Position numbers and translations under genes: made by a program
Assembly (NCBI GenBank): GCA_946186275.1
Contig: CAMHMO010000002.1
Coordinates: 67,436-131,435, forward strand
From: an uncultured Verrucomicrobiota bacterium
Lineage (GTDB): Bacteria > Verrucomicrobiota > Verrucomicrobiia > Opitutales > UBA9783
Reading direction: 5' to 3'
DNA: 64,000 nucleotides
The notes under the pieces: model-generated
Seen by the model: the letters and a program-made list of their open reading frames with translations, nothing else
What the model was told of the DNA's origin: nothing
Database searches by the model: none
Shown: one piece after another, positions 19,119 through 27,454 of the stretch
Layout: every line of letters begins with the position of its first letter
How positions within the stretch are numbered: the first letter of the stretch is position 1

Positions 19119-20468
19119 TCAATTCTTCCGAACGAGCTTTTGTTGCAAAAACTGCAACGTTCGTTTGGTGGTCGGTTCCTGCTGTAATGCGGCTTCAACG
19201 GCTTTGCAGGCATGAATGACGGTTCCGTGGTCGCGTCCGCCGAACGCCGCGCCGATTTCCTTCAGCGGTGCCGACGTCAAAACCCGGCACAGATACATGG
19301 CGACCTGCCGCGGGAACGCCACCGTCTGCGGACGCTTTTTGCTCAGCAAATCTGCCGGCGAAACGTGATAAAATTCGCAGATTTGTTTCTGAATATCCTC
19401 GATGGTCACCTGCGCCGCCAATTCCTCTTGGAAAATATCGCAGAGAATGTCTTCGATTTTATCGAGCGATACATCCGTTGTATGAAGTAATTGCTGATAG
19501 CCGGCGATGCGGTTCAGCGCGCCTTCCATCCGACGGACGTTGCGCGTCACGCGTTGCGCCAGAAACTCGATGGTCAGCGCATTGAGCGTCAAATGCATCG
19601 CCTGCGCCTTTTTAGTTAAAATCGCCACGCGCGTTTCGAAATCCGGTGCCTGAACGTCGCACACAAGCCCCCATTGGAAGCGCGACACGAGACGACTTTC
19701 CAGGCTTGCGATTTCCGAAGCGGGACGGTCGCTGCACAACACGATCTGTTTTTGGGCTTCAAAAAGTTCGTTGAAGGTATGAAAAAACTCCTCTTGTATC
19801 CGCTCCTTGTGCGCCAAAAAATGAATGTCGTCAATCAGCAGTACGTCGGCTTTGCGGTATTTGCGACGAAATTGTGTTAAACGGTTGTCCTGGATCGCCT
19901 GAATAAATTCGTTGGTGAAACGCTCCGTCGTAATGTAAATAACCTTCGCATTCGGCTGATGTTGCCGCACGAAATGCCCGACCGCCTGCGTCAGATGGGT
20001 TTTCCCGAGTCCCGTGTTGCCGTAGATAAACAGCGGATTGTAGGCTTTCCCGGGCGCGTTCGCCACCGCTGTCGCCGCCGCATGTGCCAACTGATTGCCG
20101 GCACCCACCACAAACGTATCAAAAGTGTATTGCGGTAATAGTCCGTCCTTTGCCGGCGCGTGCGCTTCGGTTGCCGATGACATTTGGATGGGTGCTTCTT
20201 TTATCGCCTCATTTTCCGTCTCGTCCGTCGGAATTGCTTTAATTTCGAGGCGGATTGGGTGTCCCAGGATGTCGGAAATCTTCCGCTGCAACAAATCCCC
20301 GTAATTATTCCTGAGCCACACCGCCGCGAAATCGCTGTTGGCGATCAACGTCCATTGGTTGTTTGCTGGTTCCTCCTCCGCCTGCAACGGTTGAAACCAC
20401 GTCGCATAAAGATCCTGCGAAAAGAGATTTTTCAGATCCTGCTTTAACGTGTTCAACAGCGTATCCAT
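19119..20468 (-). CDS. dnaA: Chromosomal replication initiator DnaA
   Basis: It has Walker A GNTGLGKTHL, IDDIHFL, and a C-terminal DNA-binding region (FPRQVAMYLCR...GGRDHGTVIHA). Confidence 0.95.
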   Translation of the reverse strand: MDTLLNTLKQDLKNLFSQDLYATWFQPLQAEEEPANNQWTLIANSDFAAVWLRNNYGDLLQRKISDILGHPIRLEIKAIPTDETENEAIKEAPIQMSSATEAHAPAKDGLLPQYTFDTFVVGAGNQLAHAAATAVANAPGKAYNPLFIYGNTGLGKTHLTQAVGHFVRQHQPNAKVIYITTERFTNEFIQAIQDNRLTQFRRKYRKADVLLIDDIHFLAHKERIQEEFFHTFNELFEAQKQIVLCSDRPASEIASLESRLVSRFQWGLVCDVQAPDFETRVAILTKKAQAMHLTLNALTIEFLAQRVTRNVRRMEGALNRIAGYQQLLHTTDVSLDKIEDILCDIFQEELAAQVTIEDIQKQICEFYHVSPADLLSKKRPQTVAFPRQVAMYLCRVLTSAPLKEIGAAFGGRDHGTVIHACKAVEAALQQEPTTKRTLQFLQQKLVRKN

Positions 20469-20880
20469 GGAGGAAAATTTCGGAAGTTATTCACAATAAG
20501 TTTCCCCGAAGGAAACCCGATGAACGGAACCCTCGGTACACTTGTTTCGCGGTATCCGGGCAGAAGGTAAAAATTTTCTCAAAATCCCCGCAAAACCGCA
20601 TCCGTAAGCGTTTTTTTGAAAAATAACTTCGGCGACGGCGCGATCCATGAGACCCAGCACACCATCATAAAACTGCAATAGGGGAATGAGTGACAAGAAA
20701 AACTTATTTACAAGTTATTCACATTATGAAGGAGGTGAGAAAGGGAGCGGAATTTGCAGAACTATTTTTGGGAACAAAAAAGCAAAAACATCAAAAATTA
20801 CGCGATCAAAAATACCTCCGCTAATCGAACGAAGTGCACATGCGTTATGTTAAATCGCTTTATCTGCCGAAAGCCCCTTC
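20469..20880. other. Candidate oriC / dnaA promoter region
   Basis: DnaA-box-like 9-mers are TTATTCACA at 20487-20495 and 20715-20723 and TTATTTACA at 20704-20712. An A/T-rich stretch lies at ~20755-20815 and a GTTTCC-ccgaa-GGAAAC hairpin at 20501-20517. Confidence 0.45.
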
Positions 20881-21747
20881 CTACATCCACTCCTCCGCTT
20901 TCCGCTTTGACACTTCCCAGGGAAATGATTTCGGATGTACCGCATGATGACAAAAGCGGCAGAACGGGATGGGTTTATTCAGAAAACTTTGTAACTCTTT
21001 ACCGCTGTATTTGTAAATATCCCAACCTTCCGGGACTTCATGGTTGGCATGGAAGTAGTTGTTTGCGCGAAAAACGTAACACGCCGGGCAGGTGTAGATT
21101 TTTCCGCGGTACAAATTAACGCAACTTTTGGACATGCATCCCTTAAATGCCTGCTTAGGATCTTCTGTCCCGTTGGGAGAAAAAGGAGAAAAACCATGAA
21201 AACATTCGACATCCTTATTGGACATCTCGCCGAATTCCAAAAGTGCACGATGTTTTTTGAGGTGCTTGTAAATTTCCGCAAACTTATCTTTCAACGGTGG
21301 GTATTTACTCCAATGAATGCGAATACGATATCGATGCAACGTCTCCCAAAAATCATTCGGCATTTTCAGCAATAACAAACCGTTGGTCACGATAAAAATC
21401 CTCGAATGCGGATACGCTTCGCGCGTGACACGCATAAAATCATTCACCTGCGGGTGTAACAGCGGTTCGCCGCCCATCAGGCGAATGTTACGGATAGCGA
21501 GTTTCTCTGAAAGTGCCTGAATATCCCCCGTATATTGTTGCAAATCCGTGAAGGTCGGTTCGGTTACCAGCGGACAAAAATGAGAACAGCTTTTACAGTT
21601 TAAATTGCAGTGATCGCACAGATGCGTCTCCAGGTACGGGATCCAGAGTTTGCCAAGATTCTGAAGGTGAAACCACACAACGAATGAACGATATTGCAAA
21701 CTGCCAAACGCCCTGTCCAAAAATTTGTACAAATTCATATATCGCAC
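20881..21747 (-). CDS. Radical SAM protein of unknown specificity with a Cys-rich C-terminal region
   Basis: It has the CDHCNLNCKSC (CxxxCxxC) cluster motif near the N-terminus, a GGEPLL motif, and extra cysteines (CMSKSC, CPAC, CRFC) suggesting an auxiliary cluster. Confidence 0.75.
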   Translation of the reverse strand: MRYMNLYKFLDRAFGSLQYRSFVVWFHLQNLGKLWIPYLETHLCDHCNLNCKSCSHFCPLVTEPTFTDLQQYTGDIQALSEKLAIRNIRLMGGEPLLHPQVNDFMRVTREAYPHSRIFIVTNGLLLLKMPNDFWETLHRYRIRIHWSKYPPLKDKFAEIYKHLKKHRALLEFGEMSNKDVECFHGFSPFSPNGTEDPKQAFKGCMSKSCVNLYRGKIYTCPACYVFRANNYFHANHEVPEGWDIYKYSGKELQSFLNKPIPFCRFCHHAVHPKSFPWEVSKRKAEEWM

Positions 21748-21929
21748 CCACCTTGATTAGAGTAAAGTATAGTGTTCTATTACAACTTTTTTCGTTTAAA
21801 ATCCCTGAATAATGTATTTCATAAGACAGAAAATGGGACATTTATTCGAACACCGCTGCTTCACCGCTTTATCAGAAAAGAAAGTGCCAAAATCAGCAGA
21901 AACAGCCGAATTGCTCTTTCGTCTCCCCC

Positions 21930-22475
21930 TCAATTCCTCCCCGGATTTTCCGGTACGTACGGAACGTTCGGTGCAAACGGATAGAATTGCAACATGAGCG
22001 TTTCCCACAGGCGCGGTCGGTCGGAGGCAAAAACGGGCTTAAACGGGTACGGTGTCGGTAGCCAGCGTTTGTTTTTCATTTCGTCGATGAGTTGTTCGTC
22101 CTCCCACGTGACGTACCCGCGGTAAGCTTTAAAGGACATCTTCGGGTGTTCGTCAACGCATTGCGACAATCGGCACATATCCAAATCGAACTGCCAATGC
22201 AGGCGGTGACGATCCGCATCGAGTTCCATTCCCGTCACGATAAGGCGGTTCGGTTGCACGGGACCGCCACAATAAACGGGAATGTTGTCCGATGCCGCAT
22301 GCGGAGAATTTTCGAAATCGCTCAGCATCAGATGCAACGGCTGATTGATGATAAGTCCCGTTGCGCACGTACCCCGGCGATGAATGAGAACGACGACGGT
22401 GCGCTCGAACGGACTGCCTTTTTCGGCATTCGCGATCAAAACCATGCCGACCGGCGGTACAGGTATTTCTTCCAT
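21930..22475 (-). CDS. YqgE/AlgH-family (UPF0301) protein
   Basis: It has GSPFERTVVVLIHRRGTCATGLIINQPL and CGGPVQPNRL, which fit the family pattern. The ATG at 22475 avoids overlap with the upstream deaminase. Confidence 0.65.
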   Translation of the reverse strand: MEEIPVPPVGMVLIANAEKGSPFERTVVVLIHRRGTCATGLIINQPLHLMLSDFENSPHAASDNIPVYCGGPVQPNRLIVTGMELDADRHRLHWQFDLDMCRLSQCVDEHPKMSFKAYRGYVTWEDEQLIDEMKNKRWLPTPYPFKPVFASDRPRLWETLMLQFYPFAPNVPYVPENPGRN

Positions 22476-22476
22476 C

Positions 22477-22944
22477 TTATTGAAAACGTTCCAACGGTAC
22501 GTCCGCTTCGGCAAACAGCTCCGTTACCAGTGTGTCGTTATGATAATCTTCGTGAAAATAAACCGCCCGAATGCCTGCCGCCAACAGCAATTTTGCGCAG
22601 TGAATGCAGGGGAAATGCGTCACGTAGGCGGTTGCGTTTTGAACCGAAACCCCGCGGCGCGCCGCATCGGTCAGCGCGTTTTGTTCCGCATGCACCGTCA
22701 ATTGTTCGTGATTATCGCGTACCACGGATCGGTGCGGCAGTTTCGCCAAAAAGCCGTTGTAGCCGGTAGCGATGATGCGTTGTTCCTCCGAGACCAAGAC
22801 GCAACCGACGTGTAAGCGTTGGCAGGTCGAGCGCGCCGAAAGCAACCACGCGACGGACATAAAGTACAGTTGCCAGGAGGGGCGTTGCGGCAATCCGCGC
22901 ACCCACGCCTTCAAAGCGTCCAATTCGGCAATCTCCTCCGACAT
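22477..22944 (-). CDS. Deoxycytidylate (dCMP) deaminase, ComEB-like
   Basis: It has the zinc motifs HAEQNA and PCIHCA and is ~155 aa long. Confidence 0.85.
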   Translation of the reverse strand: MSEEIAELDALKAWVRGLPQRPSWQLYFMSVAWLLSARSTCQRLHVGCVLVSEEQRIIATGYNGFLAKLPHRSVVRDNHEQLTVHAEQNALTDAARRGVSVQNATAYVTHFPCIHCAKLLLAAGIRAVYFHEDYHNDTLVTELFAEADVPLERFQ

Positions 22945-22986
22945 TCAGCCTTTTACTTTCTTCAAAAATTTTATACCATCCGAAAC

Positions 22987-23655
22987 GTGGCAACAAGCCT
23001 TTCTTTGCCTTACCGCCTGACGACCGGAACGTTTCGGCAGATTTTTACGATCGGGTATCGGCAACGTTGTTTCGGTTTGGAGAACGTTCCAAAGAGCGGC
23101 GGTTGTATCCTGGCGGGTAATCACGTCAGTTACCTCGATCCGCCGTGTTCCGCTTCTTTCTGTCCGCGCCAACCCGTGTATTCGTTCGCGCGCAGGACAC
23201 TCTTTAAACCCGGCATCGGTTGGTGGTTTCGCCGCCTTTATATGATTGGCGTCGATCGGGACAAAGGCAGCGATTTGTCGGCGTTTCGGCGGGTATTAAA
23301 CCTTTTGAAGGACGGGCAGGTGGTTCAAATGTTTCCCGAGGGCACGCGGTCGCCGAACGGCATCTTGCAACGCGGCAAAAAGGGCATCGGTTGGTTTATT
23401 TTAAAAGCAAATGTCCCCGTGGTTCCGATGCGCGTTTTCGGAACCTTCGAAGCCTGGCCGAAGGGCAAGTTTTTTCCTTCCTTTAAGCCGCAACTGACGT
23501 TGGTATTCGGAAAGCCGTTGCCTTCGGACGTTTTTGAGGATTGCAAAAACGAAGCAGATCCGTTTCAGGCGGCAAGCGATAAGGTCATGCAAGCGATTGC
23601 CAATTTATACCCGCCGCCGTCGGAGGGTATATCAAAGGACGAACCGAGAAAGTAA
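22987..23655 (+). CDS. plsC: 1-acyl-sn-glycerol-3-phosphate acyltransferase
   Basis: It has NHVSYLD (HX4D) and FPEGTRS motifs. I chose the GTG at 22987 as the start because the track start at 22819 overlaps the divergent deaminase gene. Confidence 0.75.
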   Translation: MATSLSLPYRLTTGTFRQIFTIGYRQRCFGLENVPKSGGCILAGNHVSYLDPPCSASFCPRQPVYSFARRTLFKPGIGWWFRRLYMIGVDRDKGSDLSAFRRVLNLLKDGQVVQMFPEGTRSPNGILQRGKKGIGWFILKANVPVVPMRVFGTFEAWPKGKFFPSFKPQLTLVFGKPLPSDVFEDCKNEADPFQAASDKVMQAIANLYPPPSEGISKDEPRK

Positions 23656-23671
23656 TCGTTTTTTAACCGAC

Positions 23672-25042
23672 ATGTTGCACGACGCTTCGCTGTTGATTGT
23701 CGATGACGAGAAGAACACGCGTGACGGGTTGGCGTTGGCGTTTTCGGACAAGTTTGAGGTTTTTACCGCCGAAAATCCCGAGGAAGCGTTGCGGTTGATG
23801 ACCGATAAAGCGTTGTCTTTTGATGTCATTTTGACGGATTTGCGCATGGGACGCGACAGCGGTCTGACGGTTGTGCAACGGGCACTGCGGCTCCCGAATA
23901 AGCCGGCGTGTATTTTGATGACCGCCTACGGAACCGTCGAAACCGCCGTGGAAGCCATGAAGCAGGGCGCGTATGATTTTGTCGCGAAGCCTGTTTCGCT
24001 GGAAAAACTGGAATGTCTGGTGGCGCGTGCGATGGCGGATCGACGGTCGGCAAAAGCCGTTGAAACCGCCGCAACGCCGTTCGCGATGCTCGAGATCTCG
24101 CCGGCGTTTCGGGAACTGATGCAAAAAATTCAACGCGTTGCACCCGCCAAAACAACGGTTCTTATTACAGGCGAAACGGGCACCGGAAAGGAATTGGCGG
24201 CGCATCAGCTGCATACGCTCAGTTTGCGCGCGGATAAAACCTTTGTTCCCGTTCACTGCGCCGCTTTACCGTCACATCTGCTCGAATCGGAACTGTTCGG
24301 GCACGAACGCGGTGCTTTTACGGGTGCATTGCAACGACACATCGGTTGGTTTGAGAGTGCAAACAAAGGAACTTTATTTTTGGATGAAATCGGCGAGATC
24401 CCGCTCAACGTACAGGTTAAGTTGCTGCGTTTTTTGGAAACCAAATCCGTCGAACGCCTCGGAAGCACGCAGTCGATTCCGCTGGACGTGCGTCTGGTGT
24501 GCGCCACCAACCGCAATTTGCCGAATGAAATTAGGGCGGGGCGTTTTCGGGAGGATCTTTATTATCGCCTGAATGTCGTCGAGCTACATCTCCCCCCGTT
24601 GCGCGAACGCACCGAAGATATTGAAGTGCTGTTGAACCATTATTTGAATTTTTTTGCCAAAGAAAATCATCTTCCGACGCCGAAGATTTCCGATGAAGTG
24701 CTTCAAATTTTGCAACGTTATCTTTGGCCGGGAAACGTTCGCGAATTGCGGAATTTTGCGGAAAATACCGTCATCATGCACGCCGGTCGCACGTTGGAAG
24801 CGAGAGATTTGGATCCGAAATTTACCGCCGCCGTTGCAACGTCTCCCGTTGCCGCGGCAACGACCGCTTCCGTCACTGTCCCTGCCGGCCAACCCCTGAC
24901 AACCTTTTCCACCGAAAACGAAAAAGCACAACTCGCAGCGGCACTTGCTCAAACCCGCGGCAATCGTTCCGAGGCGGCGCGTTTGCTCAATATGCCGCGA
25001 CGCACCTTTTACCGAAAACTCGAAAAATTCGGGTTATTGTAA
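23672..25042 (+). CDS. Sigma-54-dependent response regulator (NtrC family) with no adjacent sensor kinase
   Basis: It has a receiver domain (LLIVDDE..., DVILTDLRMG), an AAA+ domain with GETGTGKE and ESELFGHERGAFTGA, and a Fis-type HTH (GNRSEAARLLNMPRRTFYRKL). Confidence 0.9.
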   Translation: MLHDASLLIVDDEKNTRDGLALAFSDKFEVFTAENPEEALRLMTDKALSFDVILTDLRMGRDSGLTVVQRALRLPNKPACILMTAYGTVETAVEAMKQGAYDFVAKPVSLEKLECLVARAMADRRSAKAVETAATPFAMLEISPAFRELMQKIQRVAPAKTTVLITGETGTGKELAAHQLHTLSLRADKTFVPVHCAALPSHLLESELFGHERGAFTGALQRHIGWFESANKGTLFLDEIGEIPLNVQVKLLRFLETKSVERLGSTQSIPLDVRLVCATNRNLPNEIRAGRFREDLYYRLNVVELHLPPLRERTEDIEVLLNHYLNFFAKENHLPTPKISDEVLQILQRYLWPGNVRELRNFAENTVIMHAGRTLEARDLDPKFTAAVATSPVAAATTASVTVPAGQPLTTFSTENEKAQLAAALAQTRGNRSEAARLLNMPRRTFYRKLEKFGLL

Positions 25043-25169
25043 AAGCAGGCGTCGTTCGGTTTCGGAGAAAGTCGGTGTTTTACGGTTGCGCAGGGTGATT
25101 TAGGCGGCGGAAATGCGGCGGATATTCGTTGATACATGCCGTTCCCGCGCCTTCCTTCACCCGAAAATC

Positions 25170-25508
25170 TCACTCAAGCCACTGGCAAATCTTTTCCCAA
25201 TCCGCGTAACCTTGTTCGCAAGCCTCAATCGGATTCGTCTTGGAAGCCGGGAGGTTTTTTCTTTTTAAGAAATACCGTTCGAAGCGCCACTTTTGATAAT
25301 TTTTCCAATCGTCACGCGTATGACAGGCAACTTGCCGTTCAGAGCCGTCTCCATGCTCCTTTTTAGTGACATACAAGTTCTTCAAACCATCCCACTCTTC
25401 CCAATCTTCTATTGTGTTAAGGAGCACTTTTATTCGTTCACTCTCTGCAATGTCCAAACCGGGCATATACTCATCCGACTCGAACAACGCTTTTAAGTTG
25501 CCGAACAT
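25170..25508 (-). CDS. Small acidic Trp-rich ORFan (112 aa), last gene of the ORFan operon
   Basis: The ORF is co-oriented with 25613..27454 and lies 104 nt downstream of it. I recognise no motif. Confidence 0.5.
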   Translation of the reverse strand: MFGNLKALFESDEYMPGLDIAESERIKVLLNTIEDWEEWDGLKNLYVTKKEHGDGSERQVACHTRDDWKNYQKWRFERYFLKRKNLPASKTNPIEACEQGYADWEKICQWLE

Positions 25509-25612
25509 TGCCTTGATTGCATCCTTGTTCGGAATGTCCGCGACTTCATCCAGGCATCTATTCCATATCTCCTGAACCTTGAGGTTTTCAAGTACACACC
25601 CATAGGTTATGT

Positions 25613-27454
25613 TTAAGCTCTTTTGCCAGTTGTCGAAGTTACCCTTTGAAAACGCTGAAAATCAACACGATCGCTTCCGTCCCAATGCGGAAAGAAAAGA
25701 ATGAGGGAGTTGTAATATTTCGGATCAAAACTTTTCAGTTTTCCCAGGAATTTCGACCACGACTCCATGAAGTCCTCCTTCGCGGTTCCGTAGATGAGAT
25801 CGAACAGATGCTTTTTGTTGCAACCAAACCGAACATCATCTGCCGTTTTCAATTTTCCGTCATTCAAAATCAAAAACGGTATACGCTTAAAGTCTTCAAC
25901 TTCTAAAGATTGTACGGCCTTTTTCAGAGCATCATTTCCAGCAGGAAAATTCGCATACTGTATCAATGCATTGTGCAGATTTTTCACAAAAACGTCTGCG
26001 ATACCGAATGCTTCATAAAAATTCTCCGGCTCATACCGAACCCTAAAGGTACCGTCATTCTGACGAACGAGCATTGTGTCCTTACTCAAATTCCGAAACC
26101 CGTGACGATCGTCAATTTCTTTACTTTTCGTTTCCAACCATTTCCCGCGCAACGAAACGGGGAGACCGGCGAAATATTTGAAATGGTGTTCGGCATTGAG
26201 CTGCAGAGTAACGTTCGAAATATCAATGACTGAAATATTTTTTCCGTTTTGCAGAGCATATTTCACGGCGAAGGCAAGCATTTTTAAACCATCCTTTCGC
26301 TTTTCGATTAAGTATTTCAAATCTTCATTGTCTTCGACCGTCAGAGTTTTGTCGATTGTGCATAAGGGCGGGAAGACATAAAATGACTTTCCCTCACGGG
26401 TGAATTCAAGCACTTTTTCATGCAAGTTTCCAAGCTTGTTCTTGTCTTCTTCGGACAGGACGTTGTTTACACCGTATTGCCAAAGCGGATACTGCAACAA
26501 AACGTCGAGCGAGATTTTTGACTTTAATGTCTCGTCACCCGAACAAAGAGCAACGAAATCGATGTAAGCGCTTCTCGGGTCTTCGCCTGCCTCCGTGAGA
26601 TCTTTCTCCGCCTTATCCAAAAACGCTTTCAAATCCATTTCGGCAAACAGTTTCTTTGTTTCGTCATCGGGATTCCGAAGCAGTTCCATGGTCAGCTTCA
26701 TTTGTGGTTGCTCTTCATATTGCTTTTCATGTTGCTCCTGTTCCGGTTGCTGCACTTGGTCCTTCTCTTCCGCATTATTTTCGTTGTTTTCCAGATTATC
26801 GACATTGTGCTCCTCGAATTGCATTTCGTTTTGATTTTCCTGCTCGTTGTCGTCTGCCTGTTCTTCTTCACCGCCTTCTTCTTCGTTCTGTTCGTTTTCT
26901 TCCCCTTCTTCGATCTGCTCACCGAAGACATACAATGCAACATGCTCTTGCCTATTCCTACCCTTACCTGTGAAATACGTCTCTTCCTGACAATTCAACC
27001 CGGTGAACTCCTCTTTGCGGTTCGTATCGTATATCCATACACCCGTGCCGTTCAAATTTTGAATACCCTCCTTCGAGAAATATACAACGTCTTTGCCTTC
27101 GTTGTACAGATTGGTCCAGAATAAATCGATTTCTTCGATGGGAGCTCGATCACCCCTGTTTGAGTTGTAACTGTCCACCGCCTCTACCAGCTCCGAAGCA
27201 CTGATCAGTCCGTCCTTGAAATACGATGCCCACAGACTTTTGTCTTCCGGGGAAAATCTTTTGCTTTCGTTTGCCTTCGGTTCCGGTATCGCGTTCAGCT
27301 CCGATGCGAGCGAATTATAGAAAACGTTCCGCAGAGTTCCGGCACGATCGTTCGCAACTTTTTGCTTTTCGGCATCCGTCTCGTCATTTATTGCGAGCGG
27401 GTATTCAAGTTCTTCAAACAGGTTGTTCTTCCGCGAAAAACAAATGAACGGCAA
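25613..27454 (-). CDS. ORFan protein (613 aa) with a central E/N/Q-rich acidic tract
   Basis: It is a long clean ORF whose start overlaps the upstream 918-aa ORF by 41 nt. The acidic tract reads EEGEENEQNEEEGGEEEQADDNEQENQNE. I recognise no catalytic motif. Confidence 0.7.
   Translation of the reverse strand: MPFICFSRKNNLFEELEYPLAINDETDAEKQKVANDRAGTLRNVFYNSLASELNAIPEPKANESKRFSPEDKSLWASYFKDGLISASELVEAVDSYNSNRGDRAPIEEIDLFWTNLYNEGKDVVYFSKEGIQNLNGTGVWIYDTNRKEEFTGLNCQEETYFTGKGRNRQEHVALYVFGEQIEEGEENEQNEEEGGEEEQADDNEQENQNEMQFEEHNVDNLENNENNAEEKDQVQQPEQEQHEKQYEEQPQMKLTMELLRNPDDETKKLFAEMDLKAFLDKAEKDLTEAGEDPRSAYIDFVALCSGDETLKSKISLDVLLQYPLWQYGVNNVLSEEDKNKLGNLHEKVLEFTREGKSFYVFPPLCTIDKTLTVEDNEDLKYLIEKRKDGLKMLAFAVKYALQNGKNISVIDISNVTLQLNAEHHFKYFAGLPVSLRGKWLETKSKEIDDRHGFRNLSKDTMLVRQNDGTFRVRYEPENFYEAFGIADVFVKNLHNALIQYANFPAGNDALKKAVQSLEVEDFKRIPFLILNDGKLKTADDVRFGCNKKHLFDLIYGTAKEDFMESWSKFLGKLKSFDPKYYNSLILFFPHWDGSDRVDFQRFQRVTSTTGKRA

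Noticed and set aside
22819-22986. Upstream extension of plsC (track start 22819)
   Set aside because: It would overlap the divergent dCMP deaminase gene by 126 nt and adds R/Q-rich sequence. An in-frame GTG at 22987 fits better, but the exact start remains uncertain.
23534-23671. Upstream extension of the NtrC-family regulator (track start 23534)
   Set aside because: It overlaps the 3' end of plsC and encodes an R/K-rich non-receiver sequence. The receiver domain begins at the ATG at 23672.
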